DNA of 64,000 nt from contig JAUYKZ010000002.1 of the NCBI GenBank assembly GCA_030704845.1, positions 15,385 through 79,384 on the forward strand. The letters are read 5' to 3'. The stretch is from an archaeon (GTDB lineage: Archaea; Nanobdellota; Nanobdellia; Woesearchaeales; GW2011-AR9). Under the pieces are notes generated by a model. It was not told the origin of the DNA. It was given only the letters and a program-made list of their open reading frames with translations, and did not search any database. Made by a program: the position numbers and the translations under genes. Each line of letters begins with the position of its first letter. Position 1 is the first letter of the stretch. Positions 38,956-48,891 of this stretch are shown here, piece after piece.

Positions 38956-39978
38956 TCATTTAATCAACTTAATCAAATCAACAACTCGACAGCTGTATCC
39001 CCATTCATTATCATACCAAGCAACTACCTTAAGAATTCTTCTATCAACCACATTAGTTAATTTAGAGTCAAAGATTGCTGAATGCGGGTTATGAATAATA
39101 TCTGATGAAACTAATTCTCCTTCAGAATATTCAATAATACCTTTCATTTCTTTTCTAGCCATATTCTTGAAAATTTTATTAACATCTTCTTTAGTGATGT
39201 CTTTATTAGTTTCAATCGTAAAATCTGTTACACTTCCGTCAGCTACGGGAACTCTGAATGCCAATCCTCTAACTTTTCCACTCAATTCTGGAATGGCTTG
39301 CACGGCAGCAACATCTGCTCCAGTGGAGGTAGGTATAATATTCATGGCAGCTGCTCGCGATCTTCGTAAATCTTTATCTGGACCATCAACTAGTTTTTGA
39401 GTAGCAGTATAAGCATGGATAGTTGTAAAGAAACATCTTTTAATCCCAATTTTATCTTCGATGACTTTTAATATTGGTGCAACGCAATTTGTGGTACATG
39501 ATCCATTAGAAATGATTTTATGTATCTTGGAATCATATGTTTTTTCGTTAACTCCTAAAACAATTGTGGTGGTATTAGTTGGGCAAACTTTTTCAGCTTG
39601 ACATTTACAAGGGGCGGAAATAAGAACTCTTTTTGCTCCAGCTTTAAGATGAGCGGCTGCTTTTATTGGATCGGTAAAATGGCCGGTACTTTCTATCACT
39701 ACATCGATCCCAAGTTTTTTCCAAGGTAATTTTTTTGGTTCCGTTTGGGATAGAACAAGGACTTTCTTTTTTCCAATTATTAAGGACTTCTCAGAAGCTT
39801 TTACTATGTGTTCAAATACACCATGGATAGAATCATATTGAAGAAGATGAGCTAGAGTTTGATTATCGGTAAGGTCGTTGACGGCTACGATATTTATTTT
39901 AGGATCATTCCAGGCAGCTCTAAGAACCATTCGTCCAATGCGACCAAAACCATTGATAGCTACTCTTACCATATTCAC
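38956..39978 (-). CDS. gap: glyceraldehyde-3-phosphate dehydrogenase, type I (bacterial/eukaryotic type)
   Basis: INGFGRIGR, active-site SCTTNC and WYDNEWGYS. Confidence 0.9.
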   Translation of the reverse strand: MNMVRVAINGFGRIGRMVLRAAWNDPKINIVAVNDLTDNQTLAHLLQYDSIHGVFEHIVKASEKSLIIGKKKVLVLSQTEPKKLPWKKLGIDVVIESTGHFTDPIKAAAHLKAGAKRVLISAPCKCQAEKVCPTNTTTIVLGVNEKTYDSKIHKIISNGSCTTNCVAPILKVIEDKIGIKRCFFTTIHAYTATQKLVDGPDKDLRRSRAAAMNIIPTSTGADVAAVQAIPELSGKVRGLAFRVPVADGSVTDFTIETNKDITKEDVNKIFKNMARKEMKGIIEYSEGELVSSDIIHNPHSAIFDSKLTNVVDRRILKVVAWYDNEWGYSCRVVDLIKLIK

Positions 39979-40083
39979 CTCTTTTACATTTGATAAGGTG
40001 GTTATCGTTTATATAGTTTGTGGGGGGGTCTTTATTTCAGAATCTTTATAAAGATTTTATTTTTAAGAGATAAGGGTGTTATA

Positions 40084-40395
40084 ATGGCAGTAGAAATAAT
40101 AACTAAAGAAGAATATTTTAATCTCGAAAGAGATCTTGAATTTGTGACAATAATATCTTCACAACCAAGGGTGGTTGATCCAACCTTTGGAACTAGAAGT
40201 ATTGCGGAGATTTATGATAGAGAAAAAAATTTCACTGCATTGTGTGATTTAGCTGTTAAAGAAGGTGGACATTACCTTTTAGAAATGTCTTGTGCGGATT
40301 ATTTTAGGGAATGTTTTAATCGCGAAATTAAACCAATCCCTACGTCTAACAATGTTAATCGAGTATTTGGTGTTGTTTATAAGAAGAAGGATTAA
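40084..40395 (+). CDS. hypothetical protein
   Basis: Track ORF is 40018..40395. The ATG at 40084 (MAVEIITKEE) is the more plausible start. No motif recognised. Confidence 0.4.
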   Translation: MAVEIITKEEYFNLERDLEFVTIISSQPRVVDPTFGTRSIAEIYDREKNFTALCDLAVKEGGHYLLEMSCADYFRECFNREIKPIPTSNNVNRVFGVVYKKKD

Positions 40396-40445
40396 GACAA
40401 AAGACAGCCTAAACTCTTTTAAAGTACCTTTATTTTTCTTATTAC

Positions 40446-41399
40446 ATGGATAATCTAGAACCGATACCATCAACGGAGAACATTGAATTTAAAAAAGGAT
40501 TTATCGAGAGATATACTGCTTTAACAGATTGGGAACAATTTAAAAAATATAGTCTTTGTTTTCTTCGAAGAAGTATCAGGGTAAACACATTACGAACTTC
40601 TATCGCTGAAGTTAAGAAAAGTATCGAAGCTAAAGGATGGAAATTAGAACAAATACCTTGGTGTAAAGAAGGGTTCTGGGTATCTAATCCTGAAAGAAAA
40701 GATGTTGGCAATTTATTGGAACATAAAGTGGGTAAAGTTTATGTCCAGGAAGCAGCTTCAATGATTCCCCCGTTAGTTCTTCAACCTAAACCGGGCGATA
40801 TTGTTCTTGATATGTGTGCATCACCAGGAAGTAAAACTACTCAAATGGCAGCAATGATGGAAAATACCGGGGTATTGATAGCTAATGATTACAAAGGTTT
40901 ACGTTTACAATCGTTGGGAATAAATCTTCAAAGAGCAGGATTAATTAATAGCGTGATTACTTTAATGCATGGGAAAAGATTTTATGGTTATCAATTTGAC
41001 AAAATTTTGGTTGATGCTCCTTGTAGTGGAACCGGAACGATACGTAAAAGTCTTAAAACAATTCGGATCTGGAATGCAGGCATGATTACTAAACTTGCTA
41101 AACATCAGAAAGAACTCTTAGAAAATGCTTTTAATAATCTTAAACCGGGTGGAGAAATAGTTTATTCTACCTGTTCAGTAGAGCCAGAAGAAGATGAGGG
41201 GGTAGTTAATTACTTATTAAAAAAGTTCCCGGAAGCAGACATAGTAAAAGTTAAACTTCCCGGATTGAAGACGTCTCCGCCAGTTATGGAATTTAGCGGT
41301 GAAAAATATGACTCTCGAATAAAAAATTCACTTAGAATCTGGCCACAGGATAATGATACCGAAGGATTCTTTGTCTGTAAAATTATTAAGAAAGTATAA
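40446..41399 (+). CDS. NOL1/NOP2/Sun-family RNA cytosine-C5 methyltransferase
   Basis: VLDMCASPGSKT (SAM motif), DAPCSGTG (motif IV Cys) and YSTCS (motif VI Cys). Confidence 0.8.
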   Translation: MDNLEPIPSTENIEFKKGFIERYTALTDWEQFKKYSLCFLRRSIRVNTLRTSIAEVKKSIEAKGWKLEQIPWCKEGFWVSNPERKDVGNLLEHKVGKVYVQEAASMIPPLVLQPKPGDIVLDMCASPGSKTTQMAAMMENTGVLIANDYKGLRLQSLGINLQRAGLINSVITLMHGKRFYGYQFDKILVDAPCSGTGTIRKSLKTIRIWNAGMITKLAKHQKELLENAFNNLKPGGEIVYSTCSVEPEEDEGVVNYLLKKFPEADIVKVKLPGLKTSPPVMEFSGEKYDSRIKNSLRIWPQDNDTEGFFVCKIIKKV

Positions 41400-41452
41400 A
41401 CCACATCTAAACAATCACAATCTTTTAATACCCCCTGTTAGCTTCACCTTCT

Positions 41453-42499
41453 ATGTTTGGCTTACCTGAAGAAATAAGAACCTCAGTAGATAAATATAAA
41501 GCTCATTTTCATAAAATCCTGAAGGGTTCACTCAAATTAAAAAATGAGGAAGTCCTAATTATAAGTGATCATGGGAATGATAAAAATACGCTATCTTCAA
41601 TGCTAGGATATGGTTATTATATTGGAGCTAAAGATAAAAACCGAAATGTTACCTTACTTTTCCAGGAAGTAAAGAAGGGGTTTATGTTTGCTGATGATCA
41701 CGTAGTTAAAGCCATGCAACAACTTCCAGAGGGAAGTATTGTTATCGTTGCAGTTTCAAATAAACTTGGAAGATTTGGGGAAGAAAACAGTTTTCGTCAT
41801 TTCTGTCGTGAAAAAAATCACCGATTCCTTTCTGCTACTGGTTTGGGCGATGTACAAATAAACCATTTCAATCTATTCATGGATGCGATGGGTATCGGTT
41901 ATAAGAGAATGAAGAAAAGAGGAAATGTTATTAAAAAAGCTTGGGATAAAGCAAAAGAAATTAGGGTAAAAACCGAGGCCGGAACAGATTTACGATTTAA
42001 TGTGGAAGGAATGCAAGCTATTGTAAATATTGGGGAATATCATTCTCCCGGCATGGGCGGTAATATGCCTGCTGGCGAGGTTTATATCCCTCCAAAGGGT
42101 ATGGATGGGGTTGAAGGAATTCTGATTATAGATGGAAGTTTGAAGACTGAAAATGGAGCAATATTGATAGATGAACCAGTTAAATTGACTATCGAGAAAG
42201 GAAAGGTAGTAAATGTAGAAGGTAAATACGCTCATCTATTGCAGCAGACATTTCAGAAATTTGAAGATAGAGCGAAATATCCAGAAAGGGTACGTCAAGT
42301 TTGCGAATTGGGGATTGGAATTAATCCTGGCGCGGTACTTATTGGTTCAATGATAATGGACGAAAAAGTAATGGGGACCGGTCACGTTGCCATGGGAAGT
42401 AATTATTGGTTTGGTGGTGAAATTAAAACGGTGTATCATGGTGACCAGGTATTTAAAAGTCCAATTTTCTATGTTGATGGGGAAAAGATGGAGTTCTAA
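41453..42499 (+). CDS. M29-family (AmpS/PepS-like) aminopeptidase
   Basis: GGNMPAGEVYIPP, ILIIDGS and GTGHVAMGSNY patterns resemble thermophilic metalloprotease M29. Confidence 0.55.
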   Translation: MFGLPEEIRTSVDKYKAHFHKILKGSLKLKNEEVLIISDHGNDKNTLSSMLGYGYYIGAKDKNRNVTLLFQEVKKGFMFADDHVVKAMQQLPEGSIVIVAVSNKLGRFGEENSFRHFCREKNHRFLSATGLGDVQINHFNLFMDAMGIGYKRMKKRGNVIKKAWDKAKEIRVKTEAGTDLRFNVEGMQAIVNIGEYHSPGMGGNMPAGEVYIPPKGMDGVEGILIIDGSLKTENGAILIDEPVKLTIEKGKVVNVEGKYAHLLQQTFQKFEDRAKYPERVRQVCELGIGINPGAVLIGSMIMDEKVMGTGHVAMGSNYWFGGEIKTVYHGDQVFKSPIFYVDGEKMEF

Positions 42500-42567
42500 T
42501 CACGAGTACTCAAGAGTTAAAAACAAGGTTTATATAATTCCGTTACTTACTTATAACATTCCCAACC

Positions 42568-42861
42568 GTGGTATCAAAACACGATAAACATATTGAATCA
42601 TTGTGCGACAAATTACGTAGTGAATATGATCTAATTCTCTGTAACGTTCCGTTATATTCCAGTAGAAGAAGGAGAGTTGCTGAGATTGATATTCTTGGCG
42701 TTAATGAAAAATACTGTGATGTATTTGAAGTAAAATGTAGTCATAGAATAACTAAAGCTCGAAAACAATTGAATAAGATTCGTCGATTAATGTCCGGTGT
42801 GCGCCATACTTTTTTCTATTGCGGAAATTCAGAAGAATTAGTTAAAATCAAACCGCGATGA
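42568..42861 (+). CDS. small PD-(D/E)xK nuclease-fold protein (YraN-like)
   Basis: 97 aa with GTG start. AEIDILGV..CDVFEVK matches the (E/D)IDxx...xEVK core. Confidence 0.4.
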   Translation: MVSKHDKHIESLCDKLRSEYDLILCNVPLYSSRRRRVAEIDILGVNEKYCDVFEVKCSHRITKARKQLNKIRRLMSGVRHTFFYCGNSEELVKIKPR

Positions 42862-42871
42862 TTTCTGTGAT

Positions 42872-43429
42872 TTATTTAACTCGTCCTTTAAATTCTTCAT
42901 TTTCCGTATTAATTATTGTTGAGGGCTTACCTTTTTTTTCACCTTCATAAATCATAAAATCTACGCCCATCTCAACATCCTTATCAAGAGTTTCAAGAGA
43001 AACCATGAATGGCTCGCCAGTTTTATTTGCAGAGGTGGTAATTATTGGATGATTTAAATCCTTAACAACCATAGAGAACCAATGATCGGGAATACGTACT
43101 CCAACATATTCGGTATTGGTAATATTATCTGCAATAACTTTTTCCTTTAATTTAACAATTAATGTATACGGGCCAGGAAGATACTTTAGCCATTTTTCAT
43201 CAACAATACAATTATCTTTAATCCATTTCTTTGAAGGTGCCCAGATTGAAAACGGTGCGGAGGGACGCTGTTTGATAAGACGTACTTTTTTAACTGCACG
43301 TTTATTTGTTGCATCACAACTTATGCCGTAGATCGTATCTGTTGGATGAATAAACACAACTCCGGATTTAATTCGTTCAATAATTTCTTCATAACGTTTA
43401 CCTAACTCCTCTTTAGTTAAAATCTCCAT
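42872..43429 (-). CDS. Sua5/YrdC/YciO-family protein (threonylcarbamoyl-AMP synthase-like)
   Basis: VFIHPTDTIYGISCDATNKRAVKKVRLIKQRPSAPFSI, PGPYTLIV and TTSANKTGEP motifs. Confidence 0.75.
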   Translation of the reverse strand: MEILTKEELGKRYEEIIERIKSGVVFIHPTDTIYGISCDATNKRAVKKVRLIKQRPSAPFSIWAPSKKWIKDNCIVDEKWLKYLPGPYTLIVKLKEKVIADNITNTEYVGVRIPDHWFSMVVKDLNHPIITTSANKTGEPFMVSLETLDKDVEMGVDFMIYEGEKKGKPSTIINTENEEFKGRVK

Positions 43430-43483
43430 ACCCTAAAAATGTGGGAACGGATTTAAAAAAGTTCCGTTCCCAGAGAGGTGCGT

Positions 43484-43606
43484 TTATGCGGTGGCTGCGC
43501 TATAATCATCAATATATAATTGGCGTTCTAACGGGCAGAGGATTGCTGTAATTAATGGTTCCTCATATTTCTTAAGTAAATGTTCTATTCTTTGTTTTGT
43601 ATTCAT
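43484..43606 (-). CDS. small ORF (40 aa), translationally coupled to 43603..43731
   Basis: Not in the track because it is under 60 aa. ATGA start/stop overlap with the upstream ORF and a GGAGG box 8-10 nt upstream. Product is MNTKQRIEHLLKKYEEPLITAILCPLERQLYIDDYSAATA. Confidence 0.35.
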   Translation of the reverse strand: MNTKQRIEHLLKKYEEPLITAILCPLERQLYIDDYSAATA

Positions 43607-43731
43607 GCATACCATCCTCCACTAAATTGATAATCAAAAGAATCTTCTTTTGCTGTTACTGTACGTTGAGTCAGTTCACGAACTTGCTGCTCAAATAATT
43701 GTCTAATTGTCCTGGTTGAAAGATCAACCAT
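43603..43731 (-). CDS. small ORF (42 aa)
   Basis: Not in the track. Strong AAGGAGGTGA box 6 nt upstream of the ATG. Product is MVDLSTRTIRQLFEQQVRELTQRTVTAKEDSFDYQFSGGWYA. Confidence 0.35.
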   Translation of the reverse strand: MVDLSTRTIRQLFEQQVRELTQRTVTAKEDSFDYQFSGGWYA

Positions 43732-43959
43732 GGCTATCACCTCCTTGTGTTAGTATTCTTTCTGTGGTGGGTGATTAATAAACCCTAGCCGTGGTTGTCC
43801 AGTGGGTAGTGGGCATGAGATTTACTTAGAAATAAGCGTAAAATGACGTTGTCTAGTGGGATGAATCGATATCATTAAAATTAATAAAATAGAATTAAAA
43901 AATTTATAAAAAAATTACACTAATTACAAAAATGAATAAATAAAATCAAAGGGAATAAA

Positions 43960-45177
43960 TTAATATCTTCTTCCCCTAGGTTGTAAAGAATCTTTTCGGT
44001 GATATCCACCTTGATCTCTTCCGTCTCTTCCATCCCTTCGTGGTCCGGTATCGAAAGAAACTTTTGGGAAATCTCCAGGTCTCATTTCTTGAACATCAAT
44101 TGGATATTTGTTCAGAATTGCACTAAAGGTCCCATGATCTTGCGGTGAAAGTAATGTAATCGCAGTTCCAGAATCACCAGCTCTTGCGGTTCTTCCAACT
44201 CTATGTACATATTCTTGTGGATCTTGTGACAGATCATAGTTGAAAACGTGCGTTACATCACGAATATCTAATCCTCTTGCCGCAATAGATGAAGCAACTA
44301 GAATTTGACTTTTACCAGTATTAAATTGTTTTATAATTTGCAATCTTCTGGTTTGTCTCATCTTACCATGAACCATGTCAGCCTTTACTGATTGAAGGCG
44401 AAGATTTTTGTGTAATAATTCTACCGTTGATCTTTTTGAACAAAAGATTATTACCTGTCCTTTCTCTTTTTCTTCTTTAAGAAGGTGAACTAATAAAGAA
44501 AATTTTTGATGAGTTGGGATGTCATAATAAACTTGTTTAAGAAGATCTTTCTTAACATGTAATTCTGTTTCCGCAATAACTGCATCGTTCATATGATTCT
44601 TTTTAAGATCATCAATTTCATCAGAGATAGTCGCTCCAAAAAGAATTATCTGTCTGTTACGTGGGGTATTTGAAAGAATTCTATCGATATCTTCAATAAA
44701 TCCCATCTCTACCATTTTATCTGCTTCATCAAGGACGAAACAAGTTAATTTGCTTAAATTAAGTGATCCTCTTTGAGCCAAATCTAAAATTCTTCCCGGT
44801 GTTCCTACAACGATTTCTGATCTCGCGATAGATCTTTCTTGGGGTTCAATTGGAACTCCACCGAAAGCTACTGTAATCTCAATGTCAGTATATTTACTCC
44901 ATTTTTTAAGTTCTTTAGAAATCTGATCTGCAAGCTCTCTAGTTGGGGCAAGAACTAATCCTTGCACTCCTTGGCCTTTTTGTACCTTTTCTAAAAGTGG
45001 GATTCCAAAACAAGCAGTTTTACCTGATCCGGTTCTCGAAATTCCAATGAGATCTTTTCCTGACTTTGCTAAAGGGATGGTTTTCTCTTGGATACTTGTT
45101 GGTACTACAATGCCCTCTTCTTTAAGGGCTTTAACAATTTCTTGTTTAACGTTTAGTGTTTCAAATGATATACTCAT
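43960..45177 (-). CDS. DEAD-box RNA helicase
   Basis: Q-motif region, SRTGSGKT, PTRELA, DEAD, SAT and HRVGRTARAG. RG-rich C-terminal tail. Confidence 0.9.
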   Translation of the reverse strand: MSISFETLNVKQEIVKALKEEGIVVPTSIQEKTIPLAKSGKDLIGISRTGSGKTACFGIPLLEKVQKGQGVQGLVLAPTRELADQISKELKKWSKYTDIEITVAFGGVPIEPQERSIARSEIVVGTPGRILDLAQRGSLNLSKLTCFVLDEADKMVEMGFIEDIDRILSNTPRNRQIILFGATISDEIDDLKKNHMNDAVIAETELHVKKDLLKQVYYDIPTHQKFSLLVHLLKEEKEKGQVIIFCSKRSTVELLHKNLRLQSVKADMVHGKMRQTRRLQIIKQFNTGKSQILVASSIAARGLDIRDVTHVFNYDLSQDPQEYVHRVGRTARAGDSGTAITLLSPQDHGTFSAILNKYPIDVQEMRPGDFPKVSFDTGPRRDGRDGRDQGGYHRKDSLQPRGRRY

Positions 45178-45356
45178 AGTTATATTCCTCGTGTATTTTA
45201 CGTAGGTTCTGAGTGAAATAGAAGTAGTGTATTAAACTGGTCTATTTCCGCCAAATTATCTACTGAACATATTCAGATTAGGCATCTTTTATAAACCTTT
45301 CGTTTTACCTAATTTTTAATCTTAATCTGATTATAAAGCAGTTAAAAATTTAAGAA

Positions 45357-45734
45357 TTAAACTCTAATCCCGTTAAGAACTCCTTCTTGACCTGGGCGAG
45401 AAGTTATTTTAACTTTACCCAATTTTGTCTCAACGATAGCTCCTTTCGTGATGATATTTCGACGAACAAGATGTGGATTTGCTGGATTTTCAACTACGTT
45501 AGTAATACTTGTTACCTCGGTTTTGCCTTTTGCTCCAGAAACATTAACCTTATCTGAAGAAAGAAGAGATCTTTTAGCGTTTCCACCAACAGTTCTGGTA
45601 ACACGCACTTTATTATTCTCGTCAAGTCTTGTGTTTGCTTGGTATCCGGCTAGTTCAGATTTCTTTTTAGAACGTGCAGCGTGGTATCTTCCACCAGATG
45701 CTTTTCTCTTTGACCGTAGTTGTGATCGTGCCAT
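45357..45734 (-). CDS. rps8e: 30S ribosomal protein eS8 (S8e)
   Basis: 125 aa. RKASGGRY, GGNAK and ENPANPHLVRRNIITKGAIVET..ITSRPGQEGVLNG are typical of archaeal S8e. Confidence 0.85.
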   Translation of the reverse strand: MARSQLRSKRKASGGRYHAARSKKKSELAGYQANTRLDENNKVRVTRTVGGNAKRSLLSSDKVNVSGAKGKTEVTSITNVVENPANPHLVRRNIITKGAIVETKLGKVKITSRPGQEGVLNGIRV

Positions 45735-45799
45735 TATGTATTCTTGGTATGGGGGTTATTTTTAAAGCTTTTGGTTTGTTTGGGCAATGTTCATCTAAA

Positions 45800-47698
45800 T
45801 TAATAATGGGGATTTCTTTTTCCACCAAAAATCTTCTTTTTGAGTGATTCTTTACCAGTCCAGTCGAGGGCATGTTCTAAAACTTCTTCGATGGTATTTA
45901 CTGGTATGATTTTAACCTTATCCATTTTTGATTTATCAATTACAATGTCTTGTAAGTTTGATTTAGGGACAATAATTGTTTTTATTCCGGTATCAATTGC
46001 AGCGTCAACTTTTGATGAAACGCCACCTACTGGAAGAACGTCTCCTCGGACAGATAATGAACCAGTCATGGCCACACTTTGTTTGATTGGTATACCTTTC
46101 AATGCAGATATAATTGCAGTAGCAACAGCAATTGAGGCTGAATCACCTTCCACTCCTTCATAAGTCTGAAGAAATTGAACGTAAATATCGTGAGTTTCTT
46201 TGATATCTTCACCAAAATAATGCATGATAATGGCGGAAACATTCTTGATAGCTTCTTTAGCAATTTCTCCTAATTTGCCGGTAGCAATGATTTCTGCTTT
46301 CTTACCGCCAACGGTAACTTCAGCTTCAATAGGTAGAAGAATTCCTGAACAAGCAGATCCGCTACCAATAACAGCTAAACCATTAACTCTTCCAATCCTC
46401 TGACCTTCCGTCATAATAACTTCATATTCCTTCTTTCGTTCGATATATTTATCAGCCATTTGTTGTTCTAATGGTCTAGCGAAATGTTTAGCTCTTCTTA
46501 CATGGTCAGCTGTAACTAATTCGGATTTATCTTCTTTTGCTAGATCTCCAGCAGCACGTACTAGGCCTCCCAATCCTCTTAAATGGAGAGTAAGATGTCC
46601 TTTTCTATTTGCTCTTTTTCTAGCTTCTTTAATTATTTCGCGTATAGCGTTAAGATCAAAATGGGGTATTTTTTCATTTTCTTTTTTCACTTCCTGAGCA
46701 ACAAATCGGGCAATTTTTAGCCGGTTTTCATTCGTGTCAAGCATAGTTTCATTCATGTAAATTTCATACCCATATCCCCGGATTCTACTTCGTAAGGCAG
46801 GATGCATGTTTTTTATTGTATCAAAATTCCCTGCAGCAACAAGAATAAAATCACATGGGACAGCTTCAGTTCTAACCATTGCTCCGGCTGATCTTTCTGA
46901 TTGTCCGGTTATTGGAAATTTCCTCTCTTGTAATGCGGTTAATAATTCCTGTTGAGTTCTTGGATGAAGCGTAGCTATTTCATCGACAAATAAAACGCCC
47001 ATGTGAGCTTTATGGATCATTCCCGCTACAACCCGCTGGTTGGCAGGTGTACCTAATCCGCCCGATTGAAATGGATCGTGAAGTACATCACCTAATAATG
47101 CTCCCGCATGTGCACCGGTAGCGTCAAAAAATGAAGCTTCTTTCTTTCCAAAATTGTCTACAATAACTTTTGGAGCAATAACTTTGCTTTGTTTAAACAT
47201 TCTTGGGCCCATATTCATGGTCATGGCAAAGATAGCCATGGCAACCATTCCAATAACTAGACTTGCAGAGGTCATGATTGCGGCTTCTATAGTTCCAAAT
47301 TTACTGTAATAAGACCACACCCACCATGGAGCAATTAAGACAACTATTAGAAAGATAAAAAAGAGGAAATTTCCATTTTTCAGAATTTCTTTACTATCAA
47401 CTAGGTAACTATTAGCTTCTTCTCGCCCTTTACCAGCTTTAACCTCTTTGATTATCGGATTATTTTCATCGTTAGGATTTGGATATGATAAGATGTCTTT
47501 AAGAGTTGATTTTGGAAGAAGTTCAGCTAGGGCTATTCCTAACATACTTTTACCGGTTCCGGGATCTCCAATCAATAAAACATGACGTCGTTGCAGGGCT
47601 GCTTTCTTAATTACGTTAACTGCTTCTTCTTGGCCGATAACTTGATCTATAAATACTTCTGGAACAACAATATTTTTGGTAGATTTCATGGTCGACAT
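45800..47698 (-). CDS. lonB: archaeal membrane-bound Lon protease (LonB)
   Basis: Walker A GDPGTGKS. The AAA+ module is interrupted by TM helices ([18 protein letters not shown].., MVAMAIFAM). C-terminal protease domain has [11 protein letters not shown] and [15 protein letters not shown]. Confidence 0.85.
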   Translation of the reverse strand: MSTMKSTKNIVVPEVFIDQVIGQEEAVNVIKKAALQRRHVLLIGDPGTGKSMLGIALAELLPKSTLKDILSYPNPNDENNPIIKEVKAGKGREEANSYLVDSKEILKNGNFLFFIFLIVVLIAPWWVWSYYSKFGTIEAAIMTSASLVIGMVAMAIFAMTMNMGPRMFKQSKVIAPKVIVDNFGKKEASFFDATGAHAGALLGDVLHDPFQSGGLGTPANQRVVAGMIHKAHMGVLFVDEIATLHPRTQQELLTALQERKFPITGQSERSAGAMVRTEAVPCDFILVAAGNFDTIKNMHPALRSRIRGYGYEIYMNETMLDTNENRLKIARFVAQEVKKENEKIPHFDLNAIREIIKEARKRANRKGHLTLHLRGLGGLVRAAGDLAKEDKSELVTADHVRRAKHFARPLEQQMADKYIERKKEYEVIMTEGQRIGRVNGLAVIGSGSACSGILLPIEAEVTVGGKKAEIIATGKLGEIAKEAIKNVSAIIMHYFGEDIKETHDIYVQFLQTYEGVEGDSASIAVATAIISALKGIPIKQSVAMTGSLSVRGDVLPVGGVSSKVDAAIDTGIKTIIVPKSNLQDIVIDKSKMDKVKIIPVNTIEEVLEHALDWTGKESLKKKIFGGKRNPHY

Positions 47699-47765
47699 GC
47701 CTTAAGAACCCCTCAAAGCACATTTAGGGGTTGTATTTAAAAAGGTTATGACTAAATTTATCAGA

Positions 47766-48506
47766 TTATTGGTTCTTATTCTTTCCAATCATCTTAACTG
47801 TAATTTCAGAAAATGCTTCGTCTTGGGTCATATCGATTTTCTTCTGATTTTCTAAATGTAACAAAGGCAAAAAGGTATAAACTTTATCTTCTCTTCTTGC
47901 TCTCGGTGGAAGTAACCGGGAGAAAGTAACGTCTTCAGTTTGATCTTTATTTAAATAATAAGCTATTTTATGATAAACGTCTCTGATTATTTCCATGATA
48001 TCAATTTTCTTTTCTAAATGTTGAGTAAATTCAACAGGTCTTATCTTTTCAAGAATTCTTTTCTTTGACTGCATGGCTCTTTGAAGAGCGTTAACTAAAT
48101 CGTTAATGGAAACTTTTCTATTTCTGGGTTGGGGATTTCTAGGAATAAGGGTATATTGTTGTTTTTCTTTTCGTTCTCCGTTACCACCAAGAGAATCAAA
48201 GAATTCTTCGTCGATATCTTCAAATTCATCTTGTTGATTAATTAATGCATCTAACTTGGTAATATCTTTATCAATTAAATGAGCACATTTTATTTTAAGA
48301 AGAATAGCTGCGGCAAGAACAATTTTCCCAGAAATTTTAAGATCGTGCTCTTGCATTTTCTTAATAACTTCTATATACTTCTGGGTTAGAAGGGTAATAT
48401 CAACATCCCATGGATCCATTTCTTCGCTTTTAACTAAATCGTAAATAATAGTTTTCCAGCTCAGTTCTTCCTCCTTAAGAAGCATATCAAATAGTTTTTG
48501 TTGCAT
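47766..48506 (-). CDS. scpA: segregation and condensation protein A (kleisin ScpA)-like
   Basis: The N-terminal LFDMLLKEEELSWKTIIYDLVKSEEMDPWDVDITLLTQKYIEVI pattern and the size are typical of archaeal ScpA. Confidence 0.55.
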   Translation of the reverse strand: MQQKLFDMLLKEEELSWKTIIYDLVKSEEMDPWDVDITLLTQKYIEVIKKMQEHDLKISGKIVLAAAILLKIKCAHLIDKDITKLDALINQQDEFEDIDEEFFDSLGGNGERKEKQQYTLIPRNPQPRNRKVSINDLVNALQRAMQSKKRILEKIRPVEFTQHLEKKIDIMEIIRDVYHKIAYYLNKDQTEDVTFSRLLPPRARREDKVYTFLPLLHLENQKKIDMTQDEAFSEITVKMIGKNKNQ

Positions 48507-48556
48507 GGATAAAAGAGAATAAATTCTGATTTATAAATAGTGTGGTTTAAAAATGA

Positions 48557-48705
48557 GTGGGCCCAGCCGGAATTTCGGTTACGAAACTCTCGAACCGGCG
48601 ATCAACGCCTAGCTTATCCTTACAAGGAATGTAAGGGCGCTGTCATTTGCGAGCACGCAAACTCAAAAACATTGTTTTTGCATGTAGCCGCTAGACCATG
48701 GGCCC
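48557..48705 (-). tRNA. tRNA-Val (anticodon TAC) with three putative introns
   Basis: Minus-strand read is GGGCCCA-TG-GTCT-AGCGGCTA[40 nt]TGAC-A-GCGCC-CTTACA[19 nt]A-GGCGT-TGATC-GCCGG-TTCGA[17 nt]TT-CCGGC-TGGGCCC-A. The exons sum to 73 nt and all four stems pair. CCA is not encoded. Putative introns lie at 48645..48684, 48610..48628 and 48572..48588. Confidence 0.8.
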
Positions 48706-48891
48706 AACTATATAGCCAATTTTTCCATTCATTTATTAAGATTTTGGTTATATCTGCTATTATCACTTCCCAAACCTATATAAACAAAAACATTCTTTTC
48801 TTGATAAAAAAGAGGTAAGTATGAAATTTAGTGTAAAAGATACAAAGAAAGAGCTGTACCTTTCTGGTATCTTTGCCACGGAGTTATGTAA

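Noticed and set aside
45448-45765. 105-aa ORF antisense to rps8e. Similar shadow ORFs occur at 45840..46163 antisense to lonB, and at 57974..58420, 59046..59298, 59558..59853, 60124..60367, 60744..60938 and 61042..61320 antisense to the element's structural genes.
   Set aside because: They lie opposite clearly coding genes and have no motifs. They are open only because the sense genes avoid the complementary stop triplets.
48540-48818. 92-aa ORF
   Set aside because: It overlaps, on the opposite strand, the three-intron tRNA-Val gene, and its remainder is AT-rich intergenic sequence.
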